A stretch of 32,000 nucleotides of DNA from the NCBI RefSeq assembly GCF_003367075.2, contig NZ_CP065936.1, positions 3,030,001-3,062,000 on the forward strand, written 5' to 3'. A program made the position numbers and the translations under genes. The notes beneath the pieces are model-generated. The model saw nothing but the letters and a program-made list of their open reading frames with translations, ran no database searches and was not told where the DNA came from. Shown here in pieces: positions 7,892 through 15,067 of this stretch. Numbering within the stretch: position 1 is the first letter of the stretch; each line of letters begins with the position of its first letter. This DNA is from Cylindrospermopsis raciborskii Cr2010 (lineage in GTDB: Bacteria; Cyanobacteriota; Cyanobacteriia; Cyanobacteriales; Nostocaceae).

Positions 7892-9322
7892 TTATCTACA
7901 GTTATCACAGTGTCCACAACGCCAATTTTCTCTACCTTTGTTAAAGCCAAAGGATTGTAATAAAAACTGCCAACGACAGTTTTTAGTTTTTAAAAATTCA
8001 ACCATTTGTTGAGCAGCGTTAAACTGTGTTCTGTTCTGATGAATATCCTTATCCAAAATTTGATAATGAAAAGGGTCATTCCAGAGTAGTTTTCCACTGC
8101 TATGGAGTAGGGAGAGTGCTGTCGCGCCATGTTGAAATTCTTTAACTACAGACTTAACTTCTCCCTGTAGTGGTAATTTTTTAATTAATTCTTGAGCTTT
8201 TTTGTATTGTTGTAATATTTGCTGCTGAAAAAACTGTTGTCTTCTTTGATCTTCTCCATCAAAAAAACCGGTTGGTTCACTGATAAAAGTTAAAACTTCT
8301 GCGACCATTCCATCTCTTCCTGCACGTCCAATTTCTTGAACATATTCTGATAATAAATATGGAGCATGAAAATGTATTATCCACCTAACATCAGCTTTAT
8401 TTATCCCCATGCCAAAAGCACAAGTACACACAACAAATGATTTTTTTCCATGCAACCAACTTTTTTCTATGGCTCGTCTTTCTTCCCCACTTAAACCCCC
8501 ATGGTAACTAGCTGTATCATAGCCAAGATTGATTAACCATTGAGCCAATTCTTCACTGTCTTTGCGAGTTCTAACATAAATCAATCCTGTTTGATGGGGA
8601 TGGAGTTGAAGGAACTTTAATAATTGCTGTTTTCTTGCTTTTGGTGTCCAGACAGTTTTGACAGTAGGTTGTAAATTTTGACGATAGGGATTAAGTCGAT
8701 AAATATCAGGTTGTTGTAATTGCAAAACATCCCTAATAATGTTTTGTGTACTGTGGTCAGCGGTAGCTGTAAAAGCTGCCACACTAATTTTTGTTCCCGG
8801 TGGTTTGGTGTTTAATAAAGCTGGACGCACGGCGGCTAAACGACGATAAACAGGTCTAAATGTTTCTCCCCATTGCACCAAACAATGTGCTTCATCTAAT
8901 ATTAAGGATGTAATTCCTATGTCGGGATGGGATATTTTTTCCCACACAGCAGAACTGAGGAGAGTTTCTGGTGATAAGTATAATAATCTCAACTCTTGTT
9001 TAGTAATAGATTTTAAAACCTTATAACGTTGACTAGCAGGTAATTCACTGTGCAGCAGATCTGCCTTTTGATTCCTTTGTTTTAGCTCTTCAACTTGATT
9101 TTCTATTAATGCGATTAATGGTGAAACTACCAGAGTTAAACCATTGTTTAAGAGGGCTGGAAGTTGGAAACAAATAGATTTTCCCGCCCCCGTAGGCATA
9201 ATAATTAAAGCATCTTTCTGTGAGAGCAAACTATTGACTATTTCCTCTTGCGGAGGACGAAAATTTTCATAACCCCAAATCTGTTTCAGGTTTTTACGTA
9301 TTTCTTCTGATGTTATTTTCAT
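7892..9322 (-). CDS. recQ: RecQ-family ATP-dependent DNA helicase, short form without WH/HRDC domains
   Basis: 476-aa product with helicase motifs I (MPTGAGKS), II (LDEAHC) and VI (QEIGRAGRDG), plus a C-terminal Cys cluster (CRWQ...CGHCDNC) that resembles the RecQ zinc-binding module. Confidence 0.88.
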   Translation of the reverse strand: MKITSEEIRKNLKQIWGYENFRPPQEEIVNSLLSQKDALIIMPTGAGKSICFQLPALLNNGLTLVVSPLIALIENQVEELKQRNQKADLLHSELPASQRYKVLKSITKQELRLLYLSPETLLSSAVWEKISHPDIGITSLILDEAHCLVQWGETFRPVYRRLAAVRPALLNTKPPGTKISVAAFTATADHSTQNIIRDVLQLQQPDIYRLNPYRQNLQPTVKTVWTPKARKQQLLKFLQLHPHQTGLIYVRTRKDSEELAQWLINLGYDTASYHGGLSGEERRAIEKSWLHGKKSFVVCTCAFGMGINKADVRWIIHFHAPYLLSEYVQEIGRAGRDGMVAEVLTFISEPTGFFDGEDQRRQQFFQQQILQQYKKAQELIKKLPLQGEVKSVVKEFQHGATALSLLHSSGKLLWNDPFHYQILDKDIHQNRTQFNAAQQMVEFLKTKNCRWQFLLQSFGFNKGRENWRCGHCDNCR

Positions 9323-9425
9323 AAAAAAGTGCTTATTGTTTTCCTGTAATTATCTTAGAACTATATAGTATTATATCACACTCATTTTACGGAGGAAGAG
9401 GTGATTTGTTATGATCTAATGGGAT

Positions 9426-9619
9426 TTGAGTACAAAGTCAATTATGAAAATCTGACTGTTAATTCCCCCAGACTATTGGCTGATTGGTGTTGAGGTTGAG
9501 TACATATAAACCGAACCTTCTATAAATAAATTCTCGTACCCTGCAAAATAAATTCTCGTACCCCCATACCAAAAAAATTTTATTTTCTTGACTGGGTAAG
9601 GGTTACAAGCTTTGAGTAC
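9426..9619. repeat. Three dispersed copies of TTGAGTAC in the recQ upstream intergenic region
   Basis: Exact 8-mers occur at 9426-9433, 9496-9503 and 9612-9619. Copies 1 and 3 share an extended GAGTACnAnGTnAAT pattern. Confidence 0.7.
9524..9563. repeat. Tandem direct repeat AAATAAATTCTCGTACCC x2 with 22-nt phase
   Basis: Exact 18-mers at 9524-9541 and 9546-9563, separated by TGCA. Confidence 0.85.
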
Positions 9620-9721
9620 TATGTTAATGATTTTAATATTTTCAATGACTGGGGCTAAATTTAGTGCTGAAATGGGGACTGATATAAACATTTATAGGAT
9701 TTACGCAGAGATTCCCCTCTA

Positions 9722-9763
9722 CCCCCCGAATTTACTAGACGTAAGTCTGGTGAACTAGGGGGG
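9722..9763 (+). other. Long stable hairpin with a GNRA (GUAA) tetraloop, about 50 nt upstream of the 9814 ORF
   Basis: CCCCCC (9722-9727) pairs with GGGGGG (9758-9763). The inner 10-bp stem is UUUACUAGAC / GUCUGGUGAA (two G-U pairs) and closes the loop GUAA (9741-9744). A 3x3 internal loop separates the two stems. Confidence 0.6.
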
Positions 9764-9813
9764 ACTTCTTAAATCTTGATTCTAAATTTTGCCTTTACAA
9801 ACCTCGATGTAAT

Positions 9814-10317
9814 TTGATGGATTTGCTAAATAATAACTTTTACCTAGCGAAGCGGAAAATGAAATTAAAAATTCTGAATCTGCTAGTAGTTGGTTTAGTT
9901 ACTTTTGTAGTACTTTCTCCAGGAATTATCATCTTTAATTTAATTTGGGGAAAGCATATAGAGTTAGTTAGAACACAGAATTTGTCTGAAGAATTTACCA
10001 AAATTAATCAGGAGCAAATTAATCAATGTTCTGATCCTTCATTTCTTCAGACTCAGAGTATTAATTATCCCCCATCTCTAGGTGATAGAATAACCGATAA
10101 AAGATTATTGCCAGTCCATAATTTTTTAGGTTCATTATATCAAATAGTCCAAAAATACCAAATTATGACTATTTTACAGTGGTTACTCGTCGCTGTACCT
10201 ATTGGTATTGGTTTGGCAATACTTGTTTACGATAGATATCTGGTTTATCGTAGTGCTGTTTTCAGGGCGCAGGTGGAAATGTTGGAAAGACTTTGGCAAC
10301 AAAGTATAGAACAATAA
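9814..10317 (+). CDS. Hypothetical membrane protein (two predicted TM segments)
   Basis: Hydrophobic stretches at LLVVGLVTFVVLSPGIIIFNLIW and ILQWLLVAVPIGIGLAILVY. The start is uncertain: TTG 9814, ATG 9817 or ATG 9859 (MKLKIL...). Confidence 0.55.
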   Translation: MMDLLNNNFYLAKRKMKLKILNLLVVGLVTFVVLSPGIIIFNLIWGKHIELVRTQNLSEEFTKINQEQINQCSDPSFLQTQSINYPPSLGDRITDKRLLPVHNFLGSLYQIVQKYQIMTILQWLLVAVPIGIGLAILVYDRYLVYRSAVFRAQVEMLERLWQQSIEQ

Positions 10318-10355
10318 TATCTTCCGGTCACTTATTCACCATGAACTAAATTACT

Positions 10356-10598
10356 ATGTCAGAAGAACGCCAAAATCAGTATTTTAATTTGATTGATGAG
10401 TTATTGAAATGTCCTAATGGTCAAGAACCAGAAGTGCTGGAAGCTCAACCAGAACTAATTGATTCTGGTTTGATACATACAATGCTACAAGTTGCAACCA
10501 TGTTTGCCCATGAGGGAAATCAAGATGGAGCGCAATTTTTGTTTTTTATAGCACGAGAATTGGCTAAACAGTTGGGTTTATATCCCGATCTTTCATAG
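10356..10598 (+). CDS. Small hypothetical protein resembling the N-terminal module common on cyanobacterial TPR/CHAT-type proteins
   Basis: The 80-aa product shows the pattern YFNLIDELLKCPNGQEPEVLEAQPELIDSGL...A..LA.QLG. I recognise this from many cyanobacterial proteins; it has no assigned function. Confidence 0.55.
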   Translation: MSEERQNQYFNLIDELLKCPNGQEPEVLEAQPELIDSGLIHTMLQVATMFAHEGNQDGAQFLFFIARELAKQLGLYPDLS

Positions 10599-10619
10599 GA
10601 TTGTAAGTCAGGATTTATT

Positions 10620-10931
10620 ATGCTATTGACTGCAACGGAAGCTGGAAAGATAGCCCTGGAGTTCCTATTAGCTGACTGGAACCTAGCAGAGGAATATCGA
10701 GATTGGTTTACTATTGTTCACTCCCGCTTAATGGGTGAGTATTGGTACACCGTAGAATTGGGTGTTGAGGGGTTCCCAGATCGATGGTTTATTCATGTTT
10801 ATGATTCTGGATCCTGTAACCCCAATTATAGTTTTAAATCCCCTATTTCTGGCACTGATGGCTATGTTGATTTGAAATCTTTACCACCGATTATTGCTGA
10901 TGTTTTGGTAGCTGAAAGGAATTCTCGTTAA
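10620..10931 (+). CDS. Hypothetical protein
   Basis: 103-aa ORF, 21 nt after the previous gene on the same strand, with normal-looking codon usage. No motif recognised. Confidence 0.5.
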   Translation: MLLTATEAGKIALEFLLADWNLAEEYRDWFTIVHSRLMGEYWYTVELGVEGFPDRWFIHVYDSGSCNPNYSFKSPISGTDGYVDLKSLPPIIADVLVAERNSR

Positions 10932-11080
10932 GGGACTTGGGGATCTGGGGTAAGGTCAGATATAAATAATATATAAATTGTCAGGTTTAAATAACAAAAC
11001 TATGTTATGATTATTTTCATAAATAGTGGTGATTAACGCTGATTAACACTGCAAAAATATCCATCAGAAATATCACTCCA

Positions 11081-11416
11081 ATGATTACTGAAGATATCTT
11101 AGCTCAAGAATTTGCCAGAATTGTTGACCATTATTATCCCGATTTGGGGGAAATATTGGCAATCTGTCATGTGAAGGTGGTTACTTCTTTTTGGGGAAGA
11201 CCTCCTAAACGTTTTCAATATGTGGCTATCTATTGTCCTGGGAATGTTATGCCTTTGGTACAATCACAAAGGGCAATTTTGAGAGAGGTGGCAGAAAATA
11301 TGGGTCTAATTCAAGTTGTTTGCATGAATGCTAAACGATTACTACGAGATCCATTATCTAACCTAAAACACTCGCAACCGCGACTATGGTTGGATCTACA
11401 CCTAGTATCGGCATAG
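11081..11416 (+). CDS. Hypothetical protein
   Basis: 111-aa ORF with no recognisable motif. Confidence 0.45.
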   Translation: MITEDILAQEFARIVDHYYPDLGEILAICHVKVVTSFWGRPPKRFQYVAIYCPGNVMPLVQSQRAILREVAENMGLIQVVCMNAKRLLRDPLSNLKHSQPRLWLDLHLVSA

Positions 11417-11428
11417 ATCCACCATAAT

Positions 11429-11463
11429 GGAAGACAGGAATGGATTTTCAGACCTGGTCTTCC
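11429..11463. terminator. Imperfect hairpin between convergent genes (possible weak bidirectional terminator)
   Basis: GGAAGACAGG / CCTGGTCTTCC form a stem with one bulged G and a 14-nt loop. There is no clear T-run on either strand. Confidence 0.35.
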
Positions 11464-11471
11464 ACCACTTT

Positions 11472-11879
11472 CTAAACAGGTTGAAAGTTTAGAGAAACAC
11501 CATTCATACAGTATCTTAGACCTGTGGGTTGGGGTCCATCATTGAAGACGTGTCCCAAATGTCCACCACATTTGCTACAATGAACTTCCGTTCTGGTCAT
11601 GAATAGGGATCGGTCTACGGTTGTGGAAATAGCTCCTTCTATGGGTTGAAAAAAGCTGGGCCAACCAGTGCCACTATTATACTTGGTGTCAGAAGTAAAT
11701 AGGGGTTGTCCACAACCAGCACAGACATAAGTACCTGGTTCATAATTCTTGTCTAGGGGACTAGTATGGGAACGTTCTGTCCCATGTTTTCGCAGCACCT
11801 GAAACTGCTCCGGTGTCAAAATGGATTTCCATTCCTCGTCCGGTTTGTCAATGATAAATTTTGTATCTTCTGTAGACAT
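11472..11879 (-). CDS. msrB: Peptide-methionine (R)-S-oxide reductase MsrB
   Basis: 135-aa product with two CxxC pairs ([18 protein letters not shown]), GTGWPSF and the catalytic RYCMN region. Confidence 0.92.
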   Translation of the reverse strand: MSTEDTKFIIDKPDEEWKSILTPEQFQVLRKHGTERSHTSPLDKNYEPGTYVCAGCGQPLFTSDTKYNSGTGWPSFFQPIEGAISTTVDRSLFMTRTEVHCSKCGGHLGHVFNDGPQPTGLRYCMNGVSLNFQPV

Positions 11880-11885
11880 AAGTAA

Positions 11886-12686
11886 TTAATTCCCTTTGGT
11901 TAACTTTAAATCCAGAATGGATAACTTATCTAGACCTTGAGCATAAGTAAGATTATACTGTAAAGGAGTAATACTAATAAGGTTTTGACGGATGACCTCT
12001 ACATCCGTGGGAAAGTTTTTAGGTAGGTTTAAACCCGCAGGTGGATCTACTTCTTCTAACACTTCCCCTGTTAACCAGTAATAGGTTTTGCCACGGGGGT
12101 CTACCCGTTTATCAAAAACATCAACATAGCGACGCACTCCTTGACGGGTTAAGGTGACACCGGCAATTTCTTCCCAGGGAAGGGGAGGAATGTTCACGTT
12201 GAGTAGCATTAAATCCGGTAAGGGTGCTAAATGGTCAACTAGTAGTTGGGCAAATTGAGCAGCTGGTTGGAAATCCTTGTGAGTGTGACTGGTGAGGCTA
12301 AACGCTATACTGGGAATACCTTCAATCATACCTTCCATGGCCGCAGAAACGGTTCCTGAGTAAAGGATTTCCGTTCCTAAATTGGCACCCTGATTAATTC
12401 CAGAGAGTACTAAATCGGGAGGAGAATCCAATAATGCCCAGAGTGCTAACTTGACACAGTCCGAGGGAGTGCCATCACAAGCCCAAGCTCGTATATTGGC
12501 ATCAAATACCCCTTCCACAATTTCTGCTCGAATGGGATGATGTAGGGTCAGTCCATGTCCCGTTGCTGAGCGCTCTCGATCTGGACATACTACAGTTACA
12601 TCGTGACCCGCCCTGGCTAAAGTGTTAGCCAAAGTACGAATGCCCAAAGCAGAAACGCCATCATCGTTACTAACTAGTAATCTCAT
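11886..12686 (-). CDS. surE: 5'/3'-nucleotidase SurE
   Basis: It has [10 protein letters not shown] at the N-terminus, followed by GINQGANLG and [11 protein letters not shown]. The track starts at a GTG (12710), but the ATG at 12686 gives the canonical SurE N-terminus. There are 6 nt to msrB, so the two are a probable operon. Confidence 0.9.
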   Translation of the reverse strand: MRLLVSNDDGVSALGIRTLANTLARAGHDVTVVCPDRERSATGHGLTLHHPIRAEIVEGVFDANIRAWACDGTPSDCVKLALWALLDSPPDLVLSGINQGANLGTEILYSGTVSAAMEGMIEGIPSIAFSLTSHTHKDFQPAAQFAQLLVDHLAPLPDLMLLNVNIPPLPWEEIAGVTLTRQGVRRYVDVFDKRVDPRGKTYYWLTGEVLEEVDPPAGLNLPKNFPTDVEVIRQNLISITPLQYNLTYAQGLDKLSILDLKLTKGN

Positions 12687-12869
12687 TTTAGGCATTAAAC
12701 TCACTATCACAACTTTATCAAAATTTTGAGTCTAAAAGCGGTACCGTTTCTTTCTCACCTTTTCTTGTTCCTGAATCTAGTGCTTCAGGATTTCCAACTG
12801 ATCACCGAACTAACCGAACTAACAAAATATCTAGGACTCCATAAAGCGTTTTTTTTCTACGCAAAGCGC

Positions 12870-12898
12870 TTGACATTTGCTGTAGACCAAGTTATACT
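12870..12898 (+). promoter_or_regulatory. Near-consensus sigma70-type promoter, TTGACA-N17-TATACT
   Basis: TTGACA at 12870-12875, a 17-nt spacer and TATACT at 12893-12898. The predicted TSS is near 12905, giving a leader of about 125 nt before the pheS ATG. Confidence 0.6.
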
Positions 12899-13029
12899 CA
12901 AATAAGGGAGCAGTTTTACAAAAAGTGAGGTTGCTTGTCAAAAGTCAAAAAAATAATGGGCGTTTAGTCTAATCTAATCAAAACAGACTAACTTCTGTAA
13001 TGATGCAGCAAACATTTTAAGAAAAGTAA

Positions 13030-14022
13030 ATGACTAGTACTTTAGAAAATCAACTTTTAGCTTTACGTGAGGAAGCACAAACGGCGATCGCCCAAACTGA
13101 AACTCGGGAACGCCTGGAAGAGCTACGAGTTAATTACTTGGGCAAAAAGGGACAATTAGGAGTGCTTTTACGCAGTATGGGAAATATGAGCGCCGAAGAA
13201 CGTCCTAAAATCGGTGCGATCGCCAACACGGTTAAAGATAGCATCCAAGAAAGACTGGAGTTGAGAAGGAGGGAGTTAGAAGCTCAAGAGATTGAGAGAC
13301 AACTAGAGTTAGAGACTTTAGATGTGACTATGCCTGGCACATATCGACCTCAAGGAAAGATACATCCTTTAAATGGTATAATTGACCAAGCTATAGATAT
13401 ATTCATGGGCATGGGTTACACCGTAGCTCAGGGGACTGAAATGGAGACGGACTACTATAACTTTGAAGCTCTGAATACTCCTCCAGATCACCCAGCTCGT
13501 GATATGCAGGATACCTTTTATTTACCGGATGGAAATTTATTGAGAACTCATACCTCCTCAGTACAGATTCGCCATATGGAGAAGGAGGAACCACCGGTGA
13601 GAATTGTTGCTCCGGGGAGGGTTTATCGTAGAGATGATGTGGATGCTACCCATTCAGCGGTATTTCATCAGATTGAACTTTTAGCAGTAGATGAAGGTTT
13701 AACCTTTACAGATTTAAAAGGAACCGTAAAAGTATTTTTACAATCAATGTTTGGAGATCTACCCATAAGATTTAGAGCTAGTTATTTCCCTTTTACAGAG
13801 CCTTCGGCGGAAGTGGATTTGGAATGGAATGGTAGATGGTTAGAAGTGATGGGGTGTGGTATGGTTGATCCTAATGTATTGAAATCTGTAGGTTATGATC
13901 CAGAAATTTATAGTGGTTTTGCTGCGGGTTTTGGTGTGGAGCGTTTTGCCATGGTTTTACATCAAATTGATGATATCCGCCGTTTATATAACAGTGATTT
14001 GAGGTTCTTACGCCAGTTTTAA
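13030..14022 (+). CDS. pheS: Phenylalanine--tRNA ligase alpha subunit
   Basis: 330-aa product with class II aaRS motifs ([52 protein letters not shown]). Confidence 0.96.
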   Translation: MTSTLENQLLALREEAQTAIAQTETRERLEELRVNYLGKKGQLGVLLRSMGNMSAEERPKIGAIANTVKDSIQERLELRRRELEAQEIERQLELETLDVTMPGTYRPQGKIHPLNGIIDQAIDIFMGMGYTVAQGTEMETDYYNFEALNTPPDHPARDMQDTFYLPDGNLLRTHTSSVQIRHMEKEEPPVRIVAPGRVYRRDDVDATHSAVFHQIELLAVDEGLTFTDLKGTVKVFLQSMFGDLPIRFRASYFPFTEPSAEVDLEWNGRWLEVMGCGMVDPNVLKSVGYDPEIYSGFAAGFGVERFAMVLHQIDDIRRLYNSDLRFLRQF

Positions 14023-14064
14023 TGGTTATTGAATGGTAAATGGTAAATACAAATAGTACGGAAT

Positions 14065-14472
14065 ATGAACACAACATTAAAGGACTTCTTGCCAGCTTGT
14101 GAAAATTTAGGAACTTTACGACTAATTGTTACTAGCAGTGCTGCTGTTTTAGAAGCAAGGGGTAAAATAGAAAAGTTATTCTATGCGGAATTAGCTAAGG
14201 GGAAATATGCCAATATGCACAATGATGGGTTTGAATTTCATTTGAATATGGATAAAATTGTGGAGGTAAAATTTGAGACAGGGGAAGCAAAAAGGGGTAA
14301 TTTTAGCACTTATGCCATCAGATTTTTAGATGAGAAGAAAGAAGTGGCGCTGAGTTTATTTTTGCAGTGGGGTAAACCCGGGGAATATGAACCGGGACAG
14401 GTAGAAAACTGGTTACAATTAAGGGAACAATATGGTGAAGTTTGGGAACCTTTACCGGTTACGAGTTTATAG
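14065..14472 (+). CDS. ChuX/HutX-like putative haem-binding protein
   Basis: 135 aa. By-eye similarity to E. coli ChuX as I remember it: N-terminal TLKDFLPACENLGTLRLIV versus SLQEFLKTEPDGTLEVV, and a C-terminal TYAIRFLDEKKEVALSLFLQWG block. This is not verified by alignment. Confidence 0.45.
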   Translation: MNTTLKDFLPACENLGTLRLIVTSSAAVLEARGKIEKLFYAELAKGKYANMHNDGFEFHLNMDKIVEVKFETGEAKRGNFSTYAIRFLDEKKEVALSLFLQWGKPGEYEPGQVENWLQLREQYGEVWEPLPVTSL

Positions 14473-14576
14473 CCATGAAATCATGGAATATCCCGCCGAT
14501 GTTAACACCTATTTTACATGGCTATTCCTTGTTCACGCTTTGAATTCAAACAGTCAAATTATAACCAGATTGCCGT

Positions 14577-14996
14577 ATGTCAATATCTAATCCTACAAAC
14601 CTGACCGTAGCAGAAGCGAAAAAGATCCTGAACAAGTTTAACTGCTTAGATATAGCACCGGTTCTCAAACCCTTGGAGAAAGCCCTAACTCGGGAAGCAA
14701 TCATCCTGATGACAAAACGGTCTGACTATCAAATTTTAGGGATTTGTGCTGATAATGTTGAACAGGGAATATTAGCTATGAAAACCTATTCTCACGCTTT
14801 TGGTTATCAAGCACCGGATGATTTACCTCATCCAGAAGGTCCAGTGTATATCAAATTAAATGGTAAAAATGGACTGTGCTACTTAGATAGTTATGTGGGA
14901 CATCATCGTGGAGTCTTAGTTTCCTGTCAGTCCAACTATCCAGGTGGTGTGAATGAAATGTATGGACATTTACCCCTTGATTTATTTTTGGTTTAG
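14577..14996 (+). CDS. Conserved cyanobacterial hypothetical protein (possibly DUF1824 family)
   Basis: 139-aa ORF with plausible coding character. The family assignment is from memory only. Confidence 0.5.
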   Translation: MSISNPTNLTVAEAKKILNKFNCLDIAPVLKPLEKALTREAIILMTKRSDYQILGICADNVEQGILAMKTYSHAFGYQAPDDLPHPEGPVYIKLNGKNGLCYLDSYVGHHRGVLVSCQSNYPGGVNEMYGHLPLDLFLV

Positions 14997-15067
14997 GAAA
15001 TGGGGAATGGGAAATGGGAACAGTTATAAATACTTATACTTAATCGAATTAAAAACTGCCAAACTAT

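Noticed and set aside
9426-9625. LexA (SOS) boxes upstream of recQ
   Set aside because: The AGTAC half-sites are present, but none of the three words fits RGTACNNNDGTWCB. For example, AGTACTATGTTAAT fails the second half-site. I kept it only as an unexplained repeated motif.
9473-9691. 72-aa minus-strand ORF in the recQ upstream spacer
   Set aside because: It spans the tandem repeats and the TTGAGTAC words, has low-complexity Ile/Asn/Lys composition typical of AT-rich non-coding DNA, and has no SD sequence.
13000-13020. Phe-codon leader-peptide attenuator for pheS (the MMQQTF mini-ORF)
   Set aside because: It has only one Phe codon and no alternative terminator/antiterminator hairpins between it and the pheS ATG. 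It does not resemble the enterobacterial pheM-type attenuator.
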